The position numbers and the translations under genes are program-made. The notes beneath the pieces are model-generated. The model saw nothing but the letters and a program-made list of their open reading frames with translations, made no database searches and was not told the DNA's origin. This document shows positions 55,824 through 64,000 of a stretch of 64,000 nt of DNA, one piece after another. The stretch covers positions 96,001 through 160,000 of the forward strand of contig JASGJN010000022.1 in the NCBI GenBank assembly GCA_049840735.1, written 5' to 3'. Source of the stretch: Anaeromyxobacter sp. (lineage in GTDB: Bacteria; Myxococcota; Myxococcia; Myxococcales; Anaeromyxobacteraceae). Every line of letters starts with the position of its first letter. Position 1 is the first letter of the stretch.

Positions 55824-56405
55824 ATGGCCGATGAGGCGCTGGACCTCGAGGTGCGGCGGCTGCTGGGCGCGGGCGAGCGGGACGCGGCCGCGACGCTGGC
55901 GCTGCGCCGGCTGGGGCCCAAGGTGGTGGGCTACCTGCGCACGGTGCTGCGCAACGAGGCCGACGCGGCCGAGGCGTTCGGCGTCTTCGCCGAGCACCTC
56001 TGGCGCGGGCTCGAGGGCTGGCGCGGCGAGGCCCCGCTGCGCGGCTGGGCCTTCCGGCTGGCCTGGAACGCGGCGCTGAACCTGCGCAACGAGGCCTGGC
56101 GGCGGCGGGTGCGGCGCATGGAAACCGGGGAGGCGTCGCGCATCGCCGAGGAGGTGCGCACCGCCACGGCGCTGCGCGTCGAGCGGCAGCGGCGCGGGCT
56201 GGACAAGCTGCGCGAGGCGCTCTCGCCGGAGGAGCAGACGCTGCTCAGCCTGCGGGTGGACCAGGAGCTGTCCTGGAGCGAGATCGCGGCCGTGCTGGCG
56301 CCGGAGCAGGGCGAGGTGGACCCGGCGGCGCTGCGCAAGCGGTTCGAGCGGATGAAGGCGCGGCTGGGGGAGCTGGCGCGGGCGCAGGGGTTGATGGAGG
56401 AGTAG
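55824..56405 (+). CDS. ECF-type sigma-70 factor (myxobacterial kinase-associated type)
   Basis: Region 2 ADAAEAF...LRGWAFRLAWN; region 4 LSPEEQTLL.LR..QELSWSEIA...LRKRFER. Confidence 0.85.
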   Translation: MADEALDLEVRRLLGAGERDAAATLALRRLGPKVVGYLRTVLRNEADAAEAFGVFAEHLWRGLEGWRGEAPLRGWAFRLAWNAALNLRNEAWRRRVRRMETGEASRIAEEVRTATALRVERQRRGLDKLREALSPEEQTLLSLRVDQELSWSEIAAVLAPEQGEVDPAALRKRFERMKARLGELARAQGLMEE

Positions 56406-56429
56406 GCGGCGGGGGCCGCGCGCCGGGGC

Positions 56430-56456
56430 TGTCACGAAGCGAAGGGGGTCCTGTCT
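56430..56456 (+). promoter_or_regulatory. Candidate ECF promoter, copy 1
   Basis: TGTCACGAA-N11-CCTGTCT, conserved with 58238-58264. Confidence 0.5.
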
Positions 56457-56526
56457 GCGTTGCAGGGCGGCCGGTGCCGTCCCCAGCCACTGACGCGGCC
56501 GGCCCCTGGTCCGGCCCAGGACCCCC

Positions 56527-58171
56527 ATGACCATCCGCTCCCCTCGCCGTCCTCGCCGCGGTGGCGTCCCTGGCCCCTCCCGCGGGGCCGGCGGTCGCCG
56601 CCGAGCCCGCCGGCCCCGTCACGCAGTGGCAGCATGACTGGGCGCGCGGCGCCGTGTTCTACGAGGTCTTCGTCCGCTCCTTCGCCGACTCCGACGGCGA
56701 CGGGATCGGTGACCTGCGCGGCCTCACCTCCCGGCTGGACGCGCTCAACGACGGCGATCCCGCGACCACCCAGGACCTGGGCGTGGACGCGCTCTGGCTC
56801 ATGCCCATCTTCCCGTCGCCCAGCTACCACGGCTACGACGCGACCGACTACCTGTCCATCCACCGCCAGTATGGGACGCTGGCGGACTTCGACCAGCTGC
56901 TGAAGGAGGCGCATCGGCGCGGGATCCGCGTGATCCTCGACCTGGCGCTCAACCACACCAGCACCGCCCACCCATGGTTCCGGGAGTCCGCGTCCTCCCG
57001 GACCTCCCCCCGGCGCGGCTGGTACGTGTGGCGGGACCAGGACCCGGGCTGGACCCAGCCCTGGGGAGAGCGGGAGCCGACCTGGCACGAGGCCGGCGGC
57101 GCGTACTACTACGGGCTGCCCAACGCGCAGCTGCCGGACCTCGACCTCCGGAACCCGGAGGTCAGGGCCGAGGCGCGGCGCATCGCCCGCTTCTGGCTCG
57201 AGCGCGGCGTGGACGGGTTCCGGCTCGACTACGCCCGCTACATGATCGAGGACGGCGACGGGGCGGGGCAGTGTGACACCCCCGCCACGCACGCGCTCTG
57301 GACCGAGTTCTCCGCCTACGTCCGCTCGGTGAAGCCCGAGGCGCTGCTGGTGGGCGAGGTCTGGACCGACGCCGGGCGCATCGCCGGCTACTACGGCGAC
57401 ACCTCCCGCGTGAAGGGCGGCGACCAGCTGCCCATGACCTTCGACTTCCCGCTCTCCGGCGCCATCGTGGCCGGCCTCAGGGCCGGGGTGCCGGACCAGA
57501 TCGCCGACGCGCTCGACACGGCGGCCCGGCTCTACCCGGCGGGCGTCCTGGACGCGCCCTTCCTGACCAACCACGACCAGGTGCGTATCGCCACCGAGCT
57601 CGGCGGGGACGCGGCCAAGCTCCGCGCCGCGGCCGCGATCCTGCTCACCCTGCCCGGCGCTCCGTTCATCTACTACGGCGAGGAGCTGGGCATGCTGAAC
57701 GGACCGGGGACCGATGATGCGGAGAAGCGGACCCCCTTGCCCTGGGATGGCTCGAAGGGAGGTGGGTTCAGCAGCGGGAGGCCCTGGATGCCCTTCGCGC
57801 CCGGCCGCGAGGTCGCCAACGTGGCGGCGGAGCAGTCGGATCCGAGGTCGCTCAGGTCCCGCTACCGTGAGCTGATCGCCCTGCGCCACCGCTCGGAGGC
57901 GCTCAGGGAGGGAGGGCTGGAGCTCCTGCCCTGCCCTGGGACCACGCTCGCCTTCGTGCGCCGGTCGGCGCACCAGACCGTCCTCGTGCTCCAGAACGTG
58001 GGCGACGAGGTGGAGATGGCGGGGCCGTACCGGCTGCCGGAGGGGACGGCCACCGTGCTGTTCTCCGACCCTGGCGTCGGCGAACCCGTCCGGAAGCCGG
58101 AAGGGACGGCCGTGCGCCTCCCGCCGCACGCGACCGCCATCTTCGAGCTCGGGGAGGCGAACCCTCGATAG
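56527..58171 (+). CDS. Exported GH13 alpha-amylase family glycosidase, copy 1 (frameshift near 56540)
   Basis: [49 protein letters not shown]. Confidence 0.92.
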
Positions 58172-58181
58172 CCTCCACCTG

Positions 58182-58219
58182 GCGCCCGCCGCGGTCCTGC
58201 CCCGGGCCGCGGCGGGCGC
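58182..58219 (+). terminator. GC-rich hairpin after GH13 copy 1 (paralogous hairpin at about 59986-60023)
   Basis: GCGCCCGCCGCGG...CCGCGGCGGGCGC stem downstream of both paralogs. Confidence 0.55.
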
Positions 58220-58237
58220 GGCCGTGTACACGAAGCG

Positions 58238-58264
58238 TGTCACGAAACGACTCGAGGCCTGTCT
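58238..58264 (+). promoter_or_regulatory. Candidate ECF promoter, copy 2
   Basis: TGTCACGAA-N11-CCTGTCT. Confidence 0.5.
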
Positions 58265-58331
58265 TGCGTGCAGGGCGGCCGTCGCCGCCCCCCACGACAG
58301 CCGCGGCCGGGCCGCCGGCCCAGGAACCTCC

Positions 58332-59975
58332 ATGACCCTCCGCCTCCTCGCGCTCCTCGCCGCGCTGGCGCCGCTCGCCGCGGGCGCCGCCGATCCCGCT
58401 CCGCCTGTCGGGGCCGCCTCCTCTCCCGCCGCCTGGAGCAACGGGTGGGCCCGGGGTGCGGTCTTCTACGAGGTCTTCGTCCGCTCCTTCGCCGACTCGG
58501 ACGGCGACGGCACCGGCGACCTCCGGGGCCTGACCGCGAAGCTGGACGAGCTGAACGACGGCGACCCCGCCACCACCGGCGACCTGGGCGTGGACGCGCT
58601 CTGGCTCATGCCCATCTTCCCGTCGCCCAGCTACCACGGGTACGACACCACCGACTACGAGGACATCAACCCGGACTACGGCACCCTGGCGGACTTCGAC
58701 CGGCTGGTGAAGGAGGCGCACCGGCGCGGGATCCGCGTGATCCTCGACCTGGTCGTGAACCACACCTCGACCCAGCACCCGTGGTTCCAGGACGCGCGCT
58801 CGTCGGCCAAGGCGGTCCACCGCGACTGGTACGTGTGGAGCCAGCAGGATCCGGGGTGGCACCAGCCCTGGGGCCAGGACCCGGTCTGGCACCGCGACGG
58901 GAGCGCCTACTACTACGCGCTGTTCTGGGACCAGATGCCGGACCTCGACTTCCGGAACCCGGAGGTGCGGGCCGAGATCCGCCGCATCGCCAAGCTGTGG
59001 CTGGACCGCGGCGTGGACGGCTTCCGGCTGGACGCGGCGCGCCACCTGGTGGAGGACGGCGACGGTGACGGACAGTGCGACACGGCGGGGACGCGGGCGG
59101 CGTGGGCCGAGTTCGCGGCGTACGTCCGGAGCGCGAAGCCGGACGCGGTGCTGGTGGGCGAGCTCTGGACCAGCACGCGGAACATCGCGCCGTACTACGG
59201 CGACGGCGCGCGGGTGGTCGGCGGCGACGGGCTGCCGATGGCGTTCGACTTCCCGCTGGCGACCGCGACGATCGCGGCGCTGCGGACCGGCGCGCCGGAG
59301 GGGATCGCCACGACGCTGGCCGAGGTGCAGCGGCTCTATCCGAAGGGCGCCCTGGACGCGCCGTTCCTGACCAACCACGACCACATCCGCGTGGCCACCC
59401 AGCTCGAGGGCCACCCCGGGAAGCTGCGGGCGGCCGCCGGGATCCTGCTCACGCTGCCGGGCGCGCCGTTCGTCTACTACGGCGAGGAGCTCGGGCTGGT
59501 GAACGGGCCAGGGACGGACGACCCGCAGAAGCGGACGCCGATGCCGTGGGACGCGACCAAGGGCGGCGGGTTCACGACCGGGCGGCCGTGGTTCCCGTTC
59601 GCGCCCGGGCGCGAGGTCGTGAACGTCGCGGTCGAGAAGGGCGACCCCCGCTCGCTCCGATCGCGGTACCGGGACCTGATCGCGGTGCGGCACCGGTCGG
59701 AGGCGCTGCGGGAGGGGGCGCTGGAGCTCCTGCCGGGCGCCGGGCGCACGCTGGCGTTCGTGCGGCGCGCGGGCGGGCAGACGGTGGTGGTGCTGCAGAA
59801 CGTGGGCGAGGGGGCGGAGGAGGCCGGGCCGTATGCGCTGCCCGACGGCGCCCTCCGGCCGCTCTTCGCCGACCCCGGCGTCGGCGCGCCCGTGACCGGG
59901 CCGAAGGGGGTGACCGTGAAGCTGCCCCCGCACGGCACGGCGATCTTCGAGTTCGCGAGGGCGACCCCCCGATAG
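58332..59975 (+). CDS. Exported GH13 alpha-amylase family glycosidase, copy 2
   Basis: Signal peptide [19 protein letters not shown]; same GH13 motifs, [10 protein letters not shown]. Confidence 0.93.
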   Translation: MTLRLLALLAALAPLAAGAADPAPPVGAASSPAAWSNGWARGAVFYEVFVRSFADSDGDGTGDLRGLTAKLDELNDGDPATTGDLGVDALWLMPIFPSPSYHGYDTTDYEDINPDYGTLADFDRLVKEAHRRGIRVILDLVVNHTSTQHPWFQDARSSAKAVHRDWYVWSQQDPGWHQPWGQDPVWHRDGSAYYYALFWDQMPDLDFRNPEVRAEIRRIAKLWLDRGVDGFRLDAARHLVEDGDGDGQCDTAGTRAAWAEFAAYVRSAKPDAVLVGELWTSTRNIAPYYGDGARVVGGDGLPMAFDFPLATATIAALRTGAPEGIATTLAEVQRLYPKGALDAPFLTNHDHIRVATQLEGHPGKLRAAAGILLTLPGAPFVYYGEELGLVNGPGTDDPQKRTPMPWDATKGGGFTTGRPWFPFAPGREVVNVAVEKGDPRSLRSRYRDLIAVRHRSEALREGALELLPGAGRTLAFVRRAGGQTVVVLQNVGEGAEEAGPYALPDGALRPLFADPGVGAPVTGPKGVTVKLPPHGTAIFEFARATPR

Positions 59976-60077
59976 CCCCCGCGAGGCGCCCGCCGCGGTC
60001 CCGCTCCCGGCCGCGGCGGGCGCTCTTCCCTTCTTCTTCTTCCTCCCGTCGTCTTCCCGTCGCGTCGTCTTCCTCCC

Positions 60078-61327
60078 GTCCCAGAGTTCGATGACGACTC
60101 GATCGGTGCTCGTCACCTACAAGGGAGTCGGTCGGGTGTCGGGATGAGGCGTGGCGAGGGGGAATCGCAGCGAAGGGGCGGGCCGCGTGCCGTGCAACGA
60201 TGCGCGAACTGCGCAGAGCGGCTTCGACGACGGGGTCTGGGACAGACCTCGACGCCTCCGGCGCCGCGGGCGGCCGGCAGAAATGGGCAAGCGGGGATTG
60301 AGCACGACGCGTCCTGCTCAGGAGCTCTCGCAGGGCACGCTCAGCTGCACGCGCAGCCAGTAGGTTCCAAGCGGGAACACGACGCCGTCCACCTTCTGCT
60401 TGAACTTCGCGAGCGCCGCCTGGTAGCGCTCGCGGAAGCTGCGAAGGCGCTCGATGGCGGCGACGCGGGCTGCCACGTCCCTGGCCGCGATGCGTGGGTT
60501 GAGCTGGCGGAAGGGCTCCCAGCTCCTGGCGCGGTCGGACGGCTTCTGCGCCAGGACGGCCGCTGCCCCGGCGAAGGTGCGGCCCTGCTCCGCCATCTCC
60601 TCGGCGGCCTCGCGCTCCAGGCCTCCCAATCGAATCGGCGAGCGCCGCCCGGAACTCCTCGGCCGAGTCGAACCCGGGCGGCACGGTGAAGCGGAGCTCC
60701 GCGGTGGCGGGCATCGTGCCCTTCGGGCTGAAGAAGTGGTCGGGGCGCGCGATGACTTCAGGGGGGCCGCCGATGGCCTCCAGGGAGCTGCGGACGCCGG
60801 GCCACTCGTCGCCATGCTCGACGAGCCCGGCGGCGACCGGGTTGTTGAGCGTGTAGGCGATCTTCTCGAAGACGGCTTCCTTCGTCTCGAGGGTGACGCC
60901 GCTGAACGTGCCGCACTGCCAGAAGTGGTCGCTGCGGCCGTGCAGTGCGTTGAGGGCGCGCGCGACGAGGCCGTCGAGGAATTGATGGAACTCGGGGGCG
61001 CGCGCTTCGGGATTGGAGGCCACCAGGTGGTAGTGATCCGACATCACGATGAGCGCGTGCAGGTCGATGTGGCAGCGGTTCGCGGCCACGGCCAGGATGT
61101 ATTTGAAGATTCGATCGGTGTCCGGATTCGGCCGAAGGAAGAAGGTCCGCTCGAGCGTGCGGCGCGTGAGGAGCAGGATTGCGTTGCGGAGCACCTGGCG
61201 GGGATGGGACATGGGCCAGGGACATTCCACGTCCCGTGCCGGCGCCAGGTGCGCGAAAGAACGAGCGGCCGCCCCGGGGCCGCCGGACGATCCGCGGACC
61301 TCCGTCCAATATACGGACCTCTGGGAC
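60078..61327 (-). mobile_element. Putative HUH/Y1 transposase element bounded by a 12-bp imperfect inverted repeat
   Basis: GTCCCAGAGTTC (60078-60089) vs reverse complement GTCCCAGAGGTC (61316-61327) flank the transposase. Confidence 0.5.
60318..61212 (-). CDS. RAYT-like (IS200/TnpA-REP related) HUH Y1 transposase (frameshift near 60630)
   Basis: LLTRRT..R.FFLRP, VMSDHYHLV (HUH), HFWQ, IAYTLNNPVAAGLV (catalytic Tyr), WPG, C-terminal FPLGTYW. Confidence 0.85.
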
Positions 61328-61331
61328 CGGA

Positions 61332-61784
61332 TCAGCCGCGGAAGATCATGCCGGCCAGGGCGATCAGCCACAGCGTGTGGCCGATGCCGGCGAACATGGC
61401 CATCCGGCGCGCGGGGGCGGCGGCGGGGGCGAGGTCCCCCGCGGCGACGGCCTCGACCACCTTCCGCCAGGCGGGCTGCAGCCCGAAGAAGAGCACGCCC
61501 AGCCGGAGCAGGGCGGCGACCAGGCCGATGCTGAGCCCGGTGGGCGGGTGCTGGCCGGGGTAGGCGATCATCAGGAGGGCCAGGCCGGTCAGGACCGTGC
61601 CGACGCCGGTCCACAGGTCCAGCCGCAGCGCCGCGCGCGCCCTGGGCAGCAGCGCGCCGACGTGCGGCGCGCCCAGGGCCACGGTCCGCTTCACGTCGCC
61701 GGCCGTCCAGAGCGCGGCGCCGAGCCACGCGGCGGCCAGCGCGATGTGCACCACCAGCAGGATCCCATACAAGGTGTCGTTCAC
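61332..61784 (-). CDS. Hypothetical 4-TM membrane protein
   Basis: VHIALAAAWLG, GIGHTLW; overlaps the ppk2 stop. Confidence 0.7.
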   Translation of the reverse strand: MNDTLYGILLVVHIALAAAWLGAALWTAGDVKRTVALGAPHVGALLPRARAALRLDLWTGVGTVLTGLALLMIAYPGQHPPTGLSIGLVAALLRLGVLFFGLQPAWRKVVEAVAAGDLAPAAAPARRMAMFAGIGHTLWLIALAGMIFRG

Positions 61785-62557
61785 GTGAGCTTCCCTTCCA
61801 GCAGCTTGATGGTCGTGCGCAGCACGGTCAGCCGCGCGTGCCGCTTGTCGTTGGCGGGGACCAGCACCCACGGCGCGTCGGGGCGGTGGGTCCGGTCGAG
61901 CATGTCCTGGATGGCCTCGGCGTAGGCGGGCGCCTTCTTCCGGTTGCGCCAGTCCTCCGGGCCGAGCTTGTAGCGCTTCACCGGGTCGGTCTCCCGCTCC
62001 TTGAACCGCCGCAGCTGGGTCCGCGCGTCGATGTGCAGGAAGAACTTCACCATCCGGACGCCCTCTGCGGTCAGCGTCCGCTCGAAGGCGTTGATCTCGT
62101 CGTAGGCCCGCTTCCAGGCGTCGCGGGCGGCGAACTCCTCGACCCGCTCCACCAGCACGCGCCCGTACCAGCTGCGGTCGAAGATGGACAGCTCGCCCTG
62201 GGCGGGCACGCGGGTCCAGAAGCGCCACAGGTACGGGTGGCGCCGCTCCTCCTCGTTGGGGGCGGAGATGGGCCAGACCTTGTAGCCGCGCGGGTCCATC
62301 AGCGTGGTGAGCCGCTTGATGGCGCCCCCCTTGCCGGCGGCGTCCCACCCCTCGAACAGCACCAGCGCCCGCCCGCCGTCGAGGAAGTTGCGCACCTGGA
62401 GCGCGTAGGCCCGCTTCTGCAGCTCCAGCACCTCGCGCTCGTAGGCGTCCTGGTCGACCTCGACCGAGAGGTCCACTTCGTCCAGGGAGAGCGTGCCCTT
62501 GCGGTAGACCTCGAAGGTGAGATCGCGCTCGCGGAGCTTGCCGGCCTTCTTCGCCAT
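61781..62557 (-). CDS. ppk2: Polyphosphate kinase 2 family protein
   Basis: FEGWDAAGKGGAIKR, FDRSWYGRVLVERVE, EDWRNR. Confidence 0.92.
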   Translation of the reverse strand: MAKKAGKLRERDLTFEVYRKGTLSLDEVDLSVEVDQDAYEREVLELQKRAYALQVRNFLDGGRALVLFEGWDAAGKGGAIKRLTTLMDPRGYKVWPISAPNEEERRHPYLWRFWTRVPAQGELSIFDRSWYGRVLVERVEEFAARDAWKRAYDEINAFERTLTAEGVRMVKFFLHIDARTQLRRFKERETDPVKRYKLGPEDWRNRKKAPAYAEAIQDMLDRTHRPDAPWVLVPANDKRHARLTVLRTTIKLLEGKLT

Positions 62558-62657
62558 GGCCCCGAAACCTAGCACCGGAACGGTCCGGCTTCAGGTCACG
62601 GACGGTGCGTGCACCCAAGGTGAAGACGTCCACGCCACGGGCCTCCTGGGCCAGGCG

Positions 62658-64000
62658 TCAGGCCCGGTACCCGTGCGCGATGGGGAAGCGCCGCCCCTCG
62701 CCGAAGGCCTTCTCCGACACCTTGAGCACCGGCGCGGCCTGGCGCCGCTTGTACTCGCTGGCCACCACCATGCGCAGCACGCGCCGGACGGTGGCCTCGT
62801 CGTGGCCGCGGGCCACGATGGCGGCGGTGGGCAGCCGCTCCTCCACGTAGGCCTGCAGGATGTCGTCCAGCACCTCGTACGGCGGCAGCGAGTCCTGGTC
62901 CACCTGGCCGGGCTTGAGCTCGGCCGAGGGCGGCTTGGTGAAGGTCCGCTCCGGGATCAGCTCCCGCCCGGCCCGCGCGTTGGCGGCCCGCGAGACCCGG
63001 TACACCAGCGTCTTCGGCACGTCGCCGATCACCGCCAGGCCGCCGGCCATGTCGCCGTACAGCGTGCAGTACCCCACCGCCAGCTCGCTCTTGTTGCCGG
63101 TCGAGAGCACCAGCCCGCCGGTGTCGTTGGAGAGCGCCATCAGGATCTGCCCGCGCACGCGCGCCTGGACGTTCTGCTCGGCCAGGTCGCCCAGCGCCCG
63201 CCCGCCGCCGGCGTCGACCGTGGCCATGAAGGCGGCGTGCATGGGCTCGATGCCGATCTCGCGGTAGCGCACGCCCAGGTTGCGCGCCAGCGCCGCCGCG
63301 TCCTCGCGCGAGTGGTCCGACGAGTAGCGCGAGGGCATGCCCACCCCCAGCACGTTCTCCGGCCCCAGCGCCTCGGCGGCGATGCACGCGGTGAGCGCCG
63401 AGTCGATGCCGCCCGAGAGGCCGATCACCGCGCTGCGGAACCCGCACTTGCGCACGTAGTCGCGCACGCCCACGATCAGCGCCGACAGCACCTCGTCCGC
63501 CACCGGGTCGGCCGCGGCGGGCCGGGCCGGGATGGGCGCGCCGGTGAGCCCGACCACCTGGGCCCGGCCGCCGTCCAGGTCGGCCACCACCAGCGCCTCC
63601 TCGAAGAGCGGCGCGCGCGCCAGCACCGCGCCGTCGCGCCCCACCAGCATGGACCCGCCGTCGAAGAGCAGCGCGTCGTTGCCGCCCACCTGGTTCACGT
63701 AGGCGATGGGCGCGCCGTGGCCGCGGGCGCTGGCGGCCAGCATCCGCTCGCGCAGCGCCGGCTTGCCGATGGCGTAGGGCGAGGCCGACAGGTTCACCAC
63801 CAGCCCCGCCCCGCCCGACACCAGGTCGGCGATGGGGTCGCGCGCGTAGCGCGGCCGGTCCCAGAACCGCTTGTCGTTCCAGACGTCCTCGCAGACCGAG
63901 AGCCCCAGCGGCAGCGGCACGCCCGCGCCGGCCGGGACCGTGGTGGAGCGGTCGGCGGGAAGGAAGTAGCGCGTCTCGTCGAAGACGTCGTAGGTGGGCA
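62658..64000 (-). CDS. nadE: Glutamine-dependent NAD+ synthetase, 5' end outside the window
   Basis: SVCEDVW, NQVGGND, GLSGGIDS, STGNKSE, KPPSAEL, SEYKRRQA. Confidence 0.95.
   Translation of the reverse strand, partial: PTYDVFDETRYFLPADRSTTVPAGAGVPLPLGLSVCEDVWNDKRFWDRPRYARDPIADLVSGGAGLVVNLSASPYAIGKPALRERMLAASARGHGAPIAYVNQVGGNDALLFDGGSMLVGRDGAVLARAPLFEEALVVADLDGGRAQVVGLTGAPIPARPAAADPVADEVLSALIVGVRDYVRKCGFRSAVIGLSGGIDSALTACIAAEALGPENVLGVGMPSRYSSDHSREDAAALARNLGVRYREIGIEPMHAAFMATVDAGGGRALGDLAEQNVQARVRGQILMALSNDTGGLVLSTGNKSELAVGYCTLYGDMAGGLAVIGDVPKTLVYRVSRAANARAGRELIPERTFTKPPSAELKPGQVDQDSLPPYEVLDDILQAYVEERLPTAAIVARGHDEATVRRVLRMVVASEYKRRQAAPVLKVSEKAFGEGRRFPIAHGYRA

Noticed and set aside
60318..61212. 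Claim that this transposase mobilises the GTAG REP family
   Set aside because: No REP copies flank it, so the link is unsupported from this window

Overview
High-GC bacterial chromosome segment whose gene content and order suggest Myxococcota, probably Anaeromyxobacter-like (inference). Core genes include accC/accB-like subunits plus methylmalonyl-CoA mutase, yhbY, rluA, a tonB-exbB-exbD-exbD operon divergent from an Oar-like TonB-dependent transporter, ettA, tsf-rpsB, bcp, rsmB-like, mutM, rnhB, pcnB, pyrH, frr, ppk2 and nadE. About 14 single-base frameshifts, one in essential frr, point to assembly indel errors rather than true pseudogenes. Most interesting signals: (1) An accessory island (about 34.8-42.0 kb) carries an orphan Rhs core fused in frame behind a foreign signal peptide. 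It ends in a lysozyme-like 'NNPGNLR...YAP..DNN' toxin domain, is followed by a signal-peptide-bearing candidate immunity gene, and a remnant paralog of that gene lies 6 kb upstream. (2) A GTAG-hairpin REP-like family (8 long copies plus 1 short relative) has co-varying stems; tandem arrays (7 x 41-42 bp, 5 x 14 bp) start exactly at REP ends, and one copy lies in frame inside a CoiA-like ORF. (3) A RAYT-like HUH/Y1 transposase is bracketed by a 12-bp inverted repeat and a degenerate pyrimidine-rich repeat tract. (4) A Ser/Thr kinase-ECF sigma pair lies next to duplicated GH13 genes that share a TGTCACGAA-N11-CCTGTCT promoter-like motif. (5) A sigma54 promoter with tandem palindromic enhancers precedes a GAF-MCP operon. 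No tRNA, rRNA or CRISPR array was found.
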